A DNA stretch of 64,000 bases, taken from IMG/VR virus record IMGVR_UViG_3300029288_000139, positions 1 to 64,000 of that record; one strand, 5' to 3'. Shown here one piece after another: positions 20,023 through 29,803 of the stretch. The notes beneath the pieces are model-generated. The model was not told the origin of the DNA, made no database searches, and saw nothing but the letters and a program-made list of their open reading frames with translations. The stretch is from a virus (Duplodnaviria > Caudoviricetes). Both the position numbers and the translations under genes were made by a program. How positions within the stretch are numbered: the first letter of the stretch is position 1; every line of letters begins with the position of its first letter.

Positions 20023-21015
20023 TTATCCTCCTGCTGTCACAGAAATGCTCCCGGTGGTAATTGTTCCTTTTCCTTCATGAGTGCTCGGATCTACAGAAAC
20101 GGTAACAGTATCTCCAACTCTTGCAACTCCCATAATGCCACTATTCAGCGAAACAATAGCTCCATCAACTGTGACCATACCTCCTGTAATGGCAACATTC
20201 CCTGTCCCTTCTACAGAAACATTCCCTGCTCCTTTTACTTCCACATTAGAATTTCCATCAATTGTAATATCGCCGATTCCTGTAATATCGATTAGACCAT
20301 CACTTTCTATTGTCATATTACTTCCGCTTTCTAAATTTACTGTAGAATCCCCATGAATCGTCATAGCGTTAGCACTATTAATATCCATTGTGCCAGTGCT
20401 TTCAACAGTCATATTCCCAGAGCTATTTACATTAATTGTGTCTGTACTTACTATATTAATCTGACCATCCTTAACTTCAATATATGTGTTTGTGTTTACA
20501 AATATTTTAATAAGATCGTCTTTAACCTGTATTTTATTAGCTCCATCAAGAGTTCGTATCTCAAATGCATCAGTTACATAATCTTCTATAACATTCGGCT
20601 GACTCCATATTCCACAAATAGCAAAAGCGTCTGATAAATCATGCCTTCTGGAAACTATCTGCTCATTATCTTCTCCTCCGTTCTGCCACCAAGCATCAGT
20701 GCACGTATCTGCAAAAACAACAAGACATTCGTCTCCTTCTTTAATAGGAGTTGTCATGATGAAATTTCCTGACCGTGGCAGAACAATAGGGACAACTAAT
20801 AATTCAGGAACTTTTAATGATTCTAAAATCCCATCAATCACCACTCTTTCTTTTGTTACCAATTGAACTGAAACAGTTTGTTTAACAGCATCAAAAGATT
20901 TTATAATGGCAGGAGCTGTACAACGAATTTCAAACTTTATTTTATCCATAATAAAGTTCATAAACTCTATTTCATTTCCTAATCTTCTTAGTAATGATTG
21001 GGAATACTGTCCCAT
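20023..21015 (-). CDS. baseplate central spike (Gp138-like N-terminus plus beta-helix)
   Basis: PIKEGDECLVVFAD...RRHDLSDAFAI; repeated I/V-x-S/G strands; AGGAG before ATG 21015. Confidence 0.85.
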   Translation of the reverse strand: MGQYSQSLLRRLGNEIEFMNFIMDKIKFEIRCTAPAIIKSFDAVKQTVSVQLVTKERVVIDGILESLKVPELLVVPIVLPRSGNFIMTTPIKEGDECLVVFADTCTDAWWQNGGEDNEQIVSRRHDLSDAFAICGIWSQPNVIEDYVTDAFEIRTLDGANKIQVKDDLIKIFVNTNTYIEVKDGQINIVSTDTINVNSSGNMTVESTGTMDINSANAMTIHGDSTVNLESGSNMTIESDGLIDITGIGDITIDGNSNVEVKGAGNVSVEGTGNVAITGGMVTVDGAIVSLNSGIMGVARVGDTVTVSVDPSTHEGKGTITTGSISVTAGG

Positions 21016-21016
21016 T

Positions 21017-22132
21017 CTACTCTCCTGAATTCGCTGTCGGTCTATTGACCGGATTATCATATCTTGTAGCTATACCTCTATCAGCCAACTGATCTGGATT
21101 TACCCATGCTTCGACATCTGAATACCATTCTTGACCCCTTGTATCTCCAGAATGAGTAACCGAAATTACTCTATATCTTCCATATTCATCCATCCACTCA
21201 GGAATAACTCCATACATTTGAGGCATAGCTTTTATTTCTGAATTATCTATCCTCACATTCATTGGAGGAATATCATATATCAACCTTGAATCTAAAAGAG
21301 TCCTAAAAGAAATTCCTTTCATAACTTGTGTCGGAATCCCTATTAATCCTGATGACGGAGAAATTACTATCTCAACACTTCCTATGTCTGTAATAATATT
21401 TGAAATACAATATTTTCCTTCCTTGTCTGCTGTTCTTTGACATCCATATGTTTTTGCCTCATCATGCAAATATCTTTCAGGATTTCCAAAATATAATTGA
21501 GGTTTTGTTAATTTTGCTTTTTCTTTTGTAAGAGTTTCTGTTTCTTTAAGCTCTATTTTCATTTGTTTTGTTAAATATGTTACTCTATCTTGCATTGTTT
21601 TGCCAGTCACCTCTGTAAGAGTTCCAGAAATAAAAGAAGGAGCAATAACATCTTTACCACCCATGCAATGTAGAAGCAAAACTTTATCGGTTACATTCTC
21701 CCTATATTCCATAAACGAAAACAGATTCCCATTCCAGATAATACCATAGTTACCATTTCTGTATCCAGCCATTACAACTACTCTAGCACCTTCTTTTGTA
21801 ATTCTAGAAACTGTTTTTTCATTCAGGTTGTAAACTGTTATATCTCCATAAGTAGGAACAGTTTGAGCAGAGGTCACTTTAAATTTTACACGAAGAGCAG
21901 CTTCTCCATAAAGACTGTCACTTAACACAATAGCATCTTCTTCATTGTATTTTTCTCCCTGATCATCAGTTCCAGTAAAAGCTCTTCTAGGAATAACTAC
22001 AATCTGCCATCTTCTCTCATACAAACTATATTTCTTATACGGAGAAGGAATCCCAGCATTCAAGTTTGGATCTACCTTAAATTCTTGATACCGGCTTTTT
22101 TTACTTATTCTATCCCAAGCATCATTCGACAT
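21017..22132 (-). CDS. baseplate hub protein
   Basis: ITVYNL, AGY..GNYG.I..G, SGLIGIP, HSGDTRGQEWYS. Confidence 0.8.
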   Translation of the reverse strand: MSNDAWDRISKKSRYQEFKVDPNLNAGIPSPYKKYSLYERRWQIVVIPRRAFTGTDDQGEKYNEEDAIVLSDSLYGEAALRVKFKVTSAQTVPTYGDITVYNLNEKTVSRITKEGARVVVMAGYRNGNYGIIWNGNLFSFMEYRENVTDKVLLLHCMGGKDVIAPSFISGTLTEVTGKTMQDRVTYLTKQMKIELKETETLTKEKAKLTKPQLYFGNPERYLHDEAKTYGCQRTADKEGKYCISNIITDIGSVEIVISPSSGLIGIPTQVMKGISFRTLLDSRLIYDIPPMNVRIDNSEIKAMPQMYGVIPEWMDEYGRYRVISVTHSGDTRGQEWYSDVEAWVNPDQLADRGIATRYDNPVNRPTANSGE

Positions 22133-22454
22133 AATTATTCCACGCCCATAGAAAATCTGTTCCTAAATTTGTATCATCAAAATCATCGGGATTCTTATCA
22201 CTCATATTTAAAATAACACTACTTCCAATTCCTAAATATTCATACTGAGTTAGTAAATCCTGTCCTACCAATAAAGGCATAGAAGATATAACCATTTCAT
22301 CTTTTGCCAAATCTTTAATTGAACAGACCCAATAACCAGCCATTTTATTAAACTCAAGAAATATTTCAAGATTCTTAATCTCTTCTTCTATTTCAACAGC
22401 TGTGGTTATTTTCTGATTGTATTCATTTTTAATGTCTAATATTTGAACAGCCAT
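22122..22454 (-). CDS. small baseplate protein
   Basis: PLLVGQDLL.QY.YLGIG motif; position. Confidence 0.65.
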   Translation of the reverse strand: MAVQILDIKNEYNQKITTAVEIEEEIKNLEIFLEFNKMAGYWVCSIKDLAKDEMVISSMPLLVGQDLLTQYEYLGIGSSVILNMSDKNPDDFDDTNLGTDFLWAWNNYVE

Positions 22455-22468
22455 TTTAATCTCCCTAA

Positions 22469-23347
22469 TTAATAATACTGAGGAGGATTTAACAAACCTC
22501 TTCCATAACCAATACTATAAAGGAAAGAAGTATCGTTTACAAGAGTTGTTTTTTTCATAGGATTATTTGAATCATTACCTACATAAGTAGCTTCAGGGTA
22601 CAATGATTTTTGTACCTTTCCAACTTCTCCTATAAATATTTGTTTAAATGTAATCGTTGCTCTTAATGCTGTATATGTCTTATTACTATCCTCTGCTTGA
22701 ATATATTGTATAATCATATTTTTATACTCATTCAAATGAGTTTGCAAATCAATCGGCTGCCCTGTTTTCTGCAAATCAACAAACATTTGATAAGCGTTAA
22801 CAGACTTTCCCATTCCCGTGTCTTTTCTATACATTAAATCATCAAAGGATTGCATAGCATCACTCATGCCAATTTGCAATACAACTTGCGCTGGCAATTG
22901 ATAAGAGTGGTCAGCAATAGCAGCTCCCCACTGAACTGGATGCTCTGTTATTTGTCTTGTCGTTGTATGCTCAGCTAAAAACACAGCATCAAAATAATAA
23001 TTTTTTTGAGTTTCTTGCCCATCGTAAGAAGCGACATAATCTGTACTATCAGCATTTTCTTTACTATACAATTTTTCATCATATTTAATTGTCATATAAG
23101 TAAGATTATAATAAGTATCATCTGCAATTCGTCTTCTTAGTTGATTCCGACTCCATTCTGGAGGTCTCCACGGTTTGCTAGTTTGATAACCTACAGTATT
23201 TGTTATTGAACTGATTGCCTGAATTGAATTTGCAACTTGAATAGGATTAGGTACATTCATTAAAGAAGCAGCTGCACTAAAATTTCCTGCTAAAGATTGC
23301 AATCTCTCTATCGGTAATTGCCTTATAACTTGAGGAGCTGATAACAT
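22469..23347 (-). CDS. Dit-like baseplate/tail-initiation protein
   Basis: FDAVF..EH....ITEHPVQ.GA.IADH. Confidence 0.75.
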   Translation of the reverse strand: MLSAPQVIRQLPIERLQSLAGNFSAAASLMNVPNPIQVANSIQAISSITNTVGYQTSKPWRPPEWSRNQLRRRIADDTYYNLTYMTIKYDEKLYSKENADSTDYVASYDGQETQKNYYFDAVFLAEHTTTRQITEHPVQWGAAIADHSYQLPAQVVLQIGMSDAMQSFDDLMYRKDTGMGKSVNAYQMFVDLQKTGQPIDLQTHLNEYKNMIIQYIQAEDSNKTYTALRATITFKQIFIGEVGKVQKSLYPEATYVGNDSNNPMKKTTLVNDTSFLYSIGYGRGLLNPPQYY

Positions 23348-23348
23348 A

Positions 23349-25019
23349 TCAACCTCCCATTCCAGCGACTTTATTTTTTGCTAATTGTTTCATCTTTTCT
23401 ACCACATCATCAAAATTCAAAGCATAAATATTGGCATTTTCAATACGAACATCATATCCTCTTAAACCTGTAGCTGTTTCTTCTACAACCGGAGGATATT
23501 TCCCTCCACTTTCAAGCCCTACTGCTTTAAGTGCTGCATCATATTTTGTCTTTTCTTCCTGAGTCATCATATCTGTTGTGTAAGGAGGAACTCTTTTATC
23601 AACTTTAGAAGGAGTTTTTCTTATTTGAGCTCCCGTTGCTCTCACTTCACCACTTTTAAATTCTCTATCTAATACTTCTTTTCTTTTCCTTCTTTGATCT
23701 GCAACATAGGTGTCTGTATCAAAAGTCATGGAGACGAATTTATTCATCCTCTCTCCTACTTTTCCTTTCCAATCTTCTGCACCAATTTCTTTACTATATC
23801 TCAAATCCTCTCTTGCTTTTGCTTTCATCCAAGATTCATAATTTTCTTCTGCTTCTCTTTTACTCCCAGCTTTTGTTAAATCATACGTTTTTTCTAATTT
23901 TTTAAGAACCTCTCTATGTTTTGCTTCTTGTTCAGGTGTTCCTGTTTTTGGACCACCAATTTGTGTTGCTATTTGAAAAGCTGTAAATAATAATCCAATT
24001 CCTCCTATCAATTCAATTATAGATTTTTTAACATTATCCAACAGAAAAACAAACGTCTTCCACCAGCTAAAATCTCCCCCAGGATTCAAAACATCCCCCA
24101 TAACATTTTTTAATTCTTTAAGAGGAGCAAACAAATCAGACAACCCTTCAAACATACCTCCAAAAATAGTATATGTTTTATAGCCATGTTTTTTCCCTTC
24201 ACTCCAAACCCACCATTCATGAAGTAAACCAAACAAAAGAGTTAAACTTGCTATTACAGGATTTAACATGAAAGCTCCTGCAATAGCAGCCCCAAAAGCT
24301 ATAATAGCACCTACTCCGGTAGGTAAATAATTTATGAAATCTTTCACAAGACCATATAATTTTTTCCCTATCTCATATGCAGCTCTTACAACATTTATAA
24401 CTACAGTAATCCCTCCTGCAATCCACTTTGTCCAAACTTGTATATTGTCTTTTAACCATTTGGTTATATCACTTAATTTATTTTTAGCTCCTTCAAGACT
24501 GCCACCAAACACATTTGCTAAATGATAAACAATCCATTCCATCCCCTGTCCAATTATAACTTTCATCTTAGTAAATTCAAACATAATACTACGAATCTGT
24601 TTTAAGGCAGCAGAATCAGGACTAGTTGATTGAACAATACCTTTAAGCTCTTTATACTGGGCTCTTAATTCTGGAATCCAAGCAATTTCTTCAAGAGAAG
24701 CGTTCAAAGCTTTTTGAGCAATAGTAACCGCCTTGGCAGCATCTTTGGTCATATGCATCCGTAAAGCCAATTTCTGATATTCCATATCAGCATTAGCCAC
24801 TTTTGCAGCCATTGCTCCGGTAGCAGCTATAACCGTTCCAATAGCTCCTGCATAAGCAAGCATACCATGAGTCAAAACTTTAGCAGACTTATTTGAAGCT
24901 AGTTTATCAAGCTGCTTCTCAATCTCTCCCAAAGCTTGTCTTATCTTCATTTGAGCTGAACTATCTACAGAAAATCCAAGCTTAACTAAATATTCTTTTA
25001 GTATATCGGTTGCTGCCAT
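23349..25019 (-). CDS. tape measure protein
   Basis: ILKEYLVKLGF start; long helical A/G-rich ORF after the chaperone. Confidence 0.8.
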   Translation of the reverse strand: MAATDILKEYLVKLGFSVDSSAQMKIRQALGEIEKQLDKLASNKSAKVLTHGMLAYAGAIGTVIAATGAMAAKVANADMEYQKLALRMHMTKDAAKAVTIAQKALNASLEEIAWIPELRAQYKELKGIVQSTSPDSAALKQIRSIMFEFTKMKVIIGQGMEWIVYHLANVFGGSLEGAKNKLSDITKWLKDNIQVWTKWIAGGITVVINVVRAAYEIGKKLYGLVKDFINYLPTGVGAIIAFGAAIAGAFMLNPVIASLTLLFGLLHEWWVWSEGKKHGYKTYTIFGGMFEGLSDLFAPLKELKNVMGDVLNPGGDFSWWKTFVFLLDNVKKSIIELIGGIGLLFTAFQIATQIGGPKTGTPEQEAKHREVLKKLEKTYDLTKAGSKREAEENYESWMKAKAREDLRYSKEIGAEDWKGKVGERMNKFVSMTFDTDTYVADQRRKRKEVLDREFKSGEVRATGAQIRKTPSKVDKRVPPYTTDMMTQEEKTKYDAALKAVGLESGGKYPPVVEETATGLRGYDVRIENANIYALNFDDVVEKMKQLAKNKVAGMGG

Positions 25020-25264
25020 TACTCATTTCCTCTTAAAGATTCCTGGTACTCTCTCAATATTCTTTCATTTTCATTCTTTACAGCTTGCATTTCATGCCAA
25101 TCCAATAAATCATCATAAATGTATGTTCCATCCCACACTTCATGTTGCTGCCAGGCTCCTGCCATAACTGGAGCATAAGCATAAGTATCAATGTTTACAC
25201 ATTGGGTAAATTCAATTGGGAAAAACTCTTCTGAAACATTTCCAATGTGTTTTCGTCGAAAAAA
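25019..25264 (-). CDS. -1 frameshift extension of the tail assembly chaperone (79 extra aa)
   Basis: slippery T TTT TTC at 25258-25264; -1 frame open to a TAA overlapping the TMP ATG. Confidence 0.75.
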   Translation of the reverse strand, partial: FFRRKHIGNVSEEFFPIEFTQCVNIDTYAYAPVMAGAWQQHEVWDGTYIYDDLLDWHEMQAVKNENERILREYQESLRGNE

Positions 25265-25632
25265 CTTTGCAAATTGTACCCCAACACTTGTGTAGTAAGG
25301 ATCAAAGCTAATGGAGCATCATTTTTTATATCTTCAACACCCCATCTACCGTCTGCCAACATAACCGGAATAGGAAGAACAACATCTCCTTCAGGTCTTA
25401 TTTCTGAACAAGCTCGTAAACAATCCTTTTGGATTTCTATAAATTCATCTTTGGTCATGGTTGGAAGATTCTTATTTTGTGAATCTTCCAATCCTTCAAC
25501 CTGTTTACCTAAACCCATCGGAAGAATTTTAGTCATAACTGTATAAACAATGTATGACCCTGTTAAAGCATCAAACTTATGGATACGAAACTTCCTGTTG
25601 CTAATCTCAACATCTTTAAATGTTTCTCTCAT
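25195..25632 (-). CDS. tail assembly chaperone
   Basis: between tube and TMP; ends ...YNLQSFF... Confidence 0.8.
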   Translation of the reverse strand: MRETFKDVEISNRKFRIHKFDALTGSYIVYTVMTKILPMGLGKQVEGLEDSQNKNLPTMTKDEFIEIQKDCLRACSEIRPEGDVVLPIPVMLADGRWGVEDIKNDAPLALILTTQVLGYNLQSFFDENTLEMFQKSFSQLNLPNV

Positions 25633-25666
25633 TTCCTTTTCTCCTTTTTAAGAAAAATCAATTATT

Positions 25667-26110
25667 TTAAGCGTTCATACTTGAAATATCAGCTGCCCAC
25701 AAAGTCCAAGTAACTCTTTCTCCAGCAGACTTATAGGCTTTATCTGCTTTCTTTCCAAAGCTGACTCCAGTACAAATATGACTTGTCCCATCAGATATAT
25801 TCCTTAAAGCAATTGCAATCATAGCCCACTGACTAGTATCTGCTTGCCACACATAATTAAACAAATTAAGTAAATACTTATGAACAAGAGAAGTCTGCTG
25901 GCACTCAATAGATATTTGCCCGTTATTACCAGCAATTTTTGAAATCATAATACTACCATCAGCTGCAACATCATGAGCAGTTCTATCCGTGCTCATAGCT
26001 ACACTTATACTTCCAACACCTTCTCCGGTAAATTGAAACACACCCAAAGGAAAAAAGGGATGTGCAATTGCACCAGCCAAATCTAAAAAACTGTAAGTTG
26101 AATGTCTCAT
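25667..26110 (-). CDS. tail tube protein (DUF3277-like)
   Basis: TYSFLD...GDGVG-like start, DGS.MISK, Q.S..HKYL; follows the sheath. Confidence 0.8.
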   Translation of the reverse strand: MRHSTYSFLDLAGAIAHPFFPLGVFQFTGEGVGSISVAMSTDRTAHDVAADGSIMISKIAGNNGQISIECQQTSLVHKYLLNLFNYVWQADTSQWAMIAIALRNISDGTSHICTGVSFGKKADKAYKSAGERVTWTLWAADISSMNA

Positions 26111-26137
26111 ATTTTATCCTCCTCCAAAAGGTTTTTA

Positions 26138-27259
26138 TTATCTATTCACGTAAATACCAATCACAACACTATGAACTGCACCAGCTTCCTTAATCGCTAT
26201 GTAAATTGGCATAGCCTTTCTTGCTTCTCGATCTGCCTGAGTCTGTTCACTATAAGATTCTGATTGACACAAATATCCTTTGGGCAGTGTATCACCATAG
26301 CTCAGATTTAATACTTGAACACCAGTCCATGTTCCAGGGGCAAGAAATCCTCTATCAACTGCAAGTTCACAAGCCTGATCACAGGCAAGCAATAACTGAT
26401 TCTGACCTGCATTCGTTTGAGGAACTTTTGTGGTCTGATAAAGAACATCCATAACATTTAACTGAACATCATTTCTCAGCATATCCAAATTAATTACTTC
26501 ATCAAAGAAATAACCATTTGCCATTTTTCCTTGCTGAAAAATGTTGTAATAGTTTGCATAATTGACATAAACATTTCCATATTTACTATCAATATAACCA
26601 GCCTGAGTTTGAGTCAAATCTTCAACAGCAATGCCAACTTCACCTTTGAATTTCAACGTGTATGCTGAATTTGCCAATCCATTATTTGCACCCATAGCAA
26701 ATCCCATAATGGCACAAATTGCTAATGCATCATCAGTTGAATATTGACCAATTGTTCTCTTATAAGATAGTGCTTTCAACTGACTAAAAATATCTGTATC
26801 AACACTTGTTATTACTCTTGCATCACTGGTTGTAAAAGCATACACCATAGTCGGAGTAGCAGATTCCGCAAAAGCAGCACATTCCAAATGATCGGCTTCA
26901 ACAGCATCCAAACAAACTGCTACATACCAAGAAGCCTCTGCAACTCTACACGCCAACAATGCTTCAGCACACGTTTCTGCAGGACTTGCTCCTTGTGCTC
27001 CAACCCAAATCTTAAAAGGAGCAGGAGACTGAGAAAAATACATCTGGGCTGCAAGATATTCTTTATCAGTATTCGTAAAACCATCTGATAACATATCAGC
27101 AGCACTTGTGTATTCCCTAATCCTTTCTGTCGTGTCAATTACTCCTGCAGTTCCTATGACAAGCATTTCATTGAATGTCTGTCTCGGAGCTGACAAAGGA
27201 GAAATATATTCACTAATACTAACAATCTGATTCAAATTCAAAGTTCCCATATTTTCCAC
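26138..27259 (-). CDS. tail sheath protein (DUF3383-like, short form)
   Basis: EY.AA..YFSQSP, TLKFK...G, G.MANG.FFDE...LD.L, EAGAVHSV. Confidence 0.85.
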   Translation of the reverse strand: MENMGTLNLNQIVSISEYISPLSAPRQTFNEMLVIGTAGVIDTTERIREYTSAADMLSDGFTNTDKEYLAAQMYFSQSPAPFKIWVGAQGASPAETCAEALLACRVAEASWYVAVCLDAVEADHLECAAFAESATPTMVYAFTTSDARVITSVDTDIFSQLKALSYKRTIGQYSTDDALAICAIMGFAMGANNGLANSAYTLKFKGEVGIAVEDLTQTQAGYIDSKYGNVYVNYANYYNIFQQGKMANGYFFDEVINLDMLRNDVQLNVMDVLYQTTKVPQTNAGQNQLLLACDQACELAVDRGFLAPGTWTGVQVLNLSYGDTLPKGYLCQSESYSEQTQADREARKAMPIYIAIKEAGAVHSVVIGIYVNR

Positions 27260-27273
27260 CTCTCATTTTATTT

Positions 27274-27852
27274 TTATCTGTTTATTTCAAAATTATCAAC
27301 TTCACCATATTCCTCTTTAGTAATGGTGACTTCTACACTATCAACTCTATTAACAGGTGCTTCGAGTACAATTAATTCATAAAAATACAAGGACATATCA
27401 ACTCTTTCCCACCATTGAGCTTGAAATAATTCAGGTACTCTCCTAGGCTCAACTGTATTTGGAACATAATAAATCTTTTCTCTAGCTAATCTCTCTCTAG
27501 GAATTTGATCAAACATTCCAAATTTCAAAGCCATAGCAATGGACATTCCATTCGGACCATAAATAGAACAATCGAGTTTCATTATTCTAGTAGATCCAAC
27601 TGATTTTCTTAAATCAGTGTTAAAGTCTTCCATCCCAACATCATGCTGCTTGTTATACGGTTCTTCTGTCGGTGTTGCTGTGATGAAAACCATGTCCTCT
27701 GTTATTTTCCATGCTGGAGCTCCTTCTCTTTGCCATCCAATTCTTACATTGTTTGTTCTAGGAGGAACTGTTACATCCCATCCAAGAATATATAAGAATA
27801 ATCTTTGAAAAAGATCTTCAAATTCAACTACTGTTAAATCGATGTTGGCCAT
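27274..27852 (-). CDS. neck/tail terminator protein
   Basis: VRIGWQ..GAP; PELF..QWWERVD; position. Confidence 0.7.
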   Translation of the reverse strand: MANIDLTVVEFEDLFQRLFLYILGWDVTVPPRTNNVRIGWQREGAPAWKITEDMVFITATPTEEPYNKQHDVGMEDFNTDLRKSVGSTRIMKLDCSIYGPNGMSIAMALKFGMFDQIPRERLAREKIYYVPNTVEPRRVPELFQAQWWERVDMSLYFYELIVLEAPVNRVDSVEVTITKEEYGEVDNFEINR

Positions 27853-27853
27853 C

Positions 27854-28219
27854 TTAATCTCCCACCATTCTTTCTCCGATAGCTTTACAAAAGCCATAAT
27901 CCATATAATTCTCTACACTAACAACTTTGTAGTATTCATTTCTCCACATAATCTTATCGGAGAGACCAGAAGTGCCTTCATTATGAGTAACATAAATCAA
28001 TTGCGTAGAATGGAACATCATGGCTCCTCTTATTCTATCTCCTTCAAGTTTCTGTGACATATCCTTTTCTCTAGCAACTTGAATAACTCCACGCATTGTT
28101 ATTTGAGTTGGAGTTCCTTCCACCCATCTCCCATTAACCCATTCTCCATTCGAACGATACACAACAAAATCTTGAGCATAAGCTGCATTCAATATAACTT
28201 CAGCCATTTGAAAAGGCAT
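27854..28219 (-). CDS. head-closure protein
   Basis: F.V.R..G.WV.GRWV, D.I.WRNE.YKV. Confidence 0.7.
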   Translation of the reverse strand: MPFQMAEVILNAAYAQDFVVYRSNGEWVNGRWVEGTPTQITMRGVIQVAREKDMSQKLEGDRIRGAMMFHSTQLIYVTHNEGTSGLSDKIMWRNEYYKVVSVENYMDYGFCKAIGERMVGD

Positions 28220-28716
28220 TATTCTTCTCCTTCAGAAATTACATAAGTGATAGCATTTCTCATTTGACCTGTATCTATAAGTATTGCATTAGATCCTTTC
28301 GCTTTAATTGTAGCAGGTTTTAATGGAGGCCATCCATTCTTAGGATTTTCAAACCATGCATGAACTCTATTCATAACATCATTACCTGTTGTTTTCATCA
28401 AACTTTCTGCTTTACTAAATTCTTCATCCATAATTGCTTCTGCAATAAGTTTTAAATCAACTGCAATAGCTATTTGATTTTCTTTGTCATCCAATGCCGC
28501 TTCAATAACAGGTCTTGAAGGAATATTCATCAGAGGAGAACCATGAGTATGAATATAAAGCAAAGTAGGATTATTCATTTCTCCTTCTTTCCTTTCAGCA
28601 TTTTCTTCAGGAATACCAACAAGAATTTCTTTTCTTTTCAGCTTCTTTATTGTTTCAATTAATTTCTGCTCTTTTTTCATAGCAGCTAAATGTTCTTTTA
28701 CTTCAAAATTTATCAT
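28219..28716 (-). CDS. neck/virion morphogenesis protein
   Basis: VGIP, IH..G....IP.RP, LIDTGQMRNAITY; start moved to MINFEV. Confidence 0.75.
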   Translation of the reverse strand: MINFEVKEHLAAMKKEQKLIETIKKLKRKEILVGIPEENAERKEGEMNNPTLLYIHTHGSPLMNIPSRPVIEAALDDKENQIAIAVDLKLIAEAIMDEEFSKAESLMKTTGNDVMNRVHAWFENPKNGWPPLKPATIKAKGSNAILIDTGQMRNAITYVISEGEE

Positions 28717-29150
28717 ACTTGATAACCACCTGTTCCAACAAGTCTTACATAAAATAAAAATCTTCGTCCATAGGTTGTTAAATTCCATTCCCCAGCATGA
28801 TCTTCCATAAAAGAACCAAGGTCATAGCCAACAGAAACTCCACCAACAGATTTATTACTTATATTTCCAAGAGGAGTTCCGGTAAAATTTCCTGCTGCAA
28901 AAGCTAATTGCTGATTCTTTTCTATTAGTAAATTATGAGCTACAAACAATTCCAGCCCTTCATTATAAATATCATGCCATCTTTTTTCTGTTAACAACTT
29001 AACCGCAAATTGATACCAGAAAGTAATTTGATTGTCTGTAAAATTCTCTGGCAAAGCATGGGCAAACTCTGTATAATGAACTCTAAAATTTTCTATCCAA
29101 AGGTCAATATCTTCTGTTCTGCTTCCTAATCCTTCCCAATCTGAAGCCAT
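28713..29150 (-). CDS. head-tail adaptor (DUF4054-like)
   Basis: LFVAHNL, KSVGGVSVGYD, WNLTTYGRRF. Confidence 0.85.
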   Translation of the reverse strand: MASDWEGLGSRTEDIDLWIENFRVHYTEFAHALPENFTDNQITFWYQFAVKLLTEKRWHDIYNEGLELFVAHNLLIEKNQQLAFAAGNFTGTPLGNISNKSVGGVSVGYDLGSFMEDHAGEWNLTTYGRRFLFYVRLVGTGGYQV

Positions 29151-29151
29151 T

Positions 29152-29802
29152 TTATATCTCCTCTATATCAGGATTAACAAAATCAAATCCTGTTTTAAAT
29201 CTCCATAAATAAACTGTTGTTCCTATCGGCAGATTAACATGAAAAGTTATTTGACCAATAGCATTAGTCCTTCCTGAATGTATCATATTTTTTCTTTCGG
29301 GATCTGTTGACATAATCACCAACACATCTGCAATAGCGGGAGAATTATCACAATACTTTAGAGAATACACATGTTCAACAATTCCAGTTCCAACAGACAT
29401 AGCATCAACGGTTTGCCAAACATTATCTAACATACTACCTGATTCTTCTAGACTATCTCTTATCTCTTTATTTGAAGGAAAATTAACAAAAGTATCGTTC
29501 TCACAAATAAACTCTTCAATAGCAATAATCAATCCATCGACTTGGCAGTATCTTGCTATATATCTACCATCATCCCAAGGCATTCTGCTTTCCCATACTT
29601 CATAAACACCTTCTAATAAAGGGTTCTCAACCATAGGAAGTCTTTTATCTGTAACCAATTCTTCTGAATAAAACATTCCAGGGACATTTCCACCAGCATC
29701 AGAGTTTTCCATTATGAATCCTTCTTCATCAATTCGACGAATCCATACATAATTTCCAACCATTCCTGTCATATCTTCAACTGCAAATTTTTTGATTGCC
29801 AT
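29152..29802 (-). CDS. hypothetical virion-associated protein
   Basis: tightly packed in the structural arm; beta-rich C-terminus. Confidence 0.6.
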   Translation of the reverse strand: MAIKKFAVEDMTGMVGNYVWIRRIDEEGFIMENSDAGGNVPGMFYSEELVTDKRLPMVENPLLEGVYEVWESRMPWDDGRYIARYCQVDGLIIAIEEFICENDTFVNFPSNKEIRDSLEESGSMLDNVWQTVDAMSVGTGIVEHVYSLKYCDNSPAIADVLVIMSTDPERKNMIHSGRTNAIGQITFHVNLPIGTTVYLWRFKTGFDFVNPDIEEI

Positions 29803-29803
29803 A

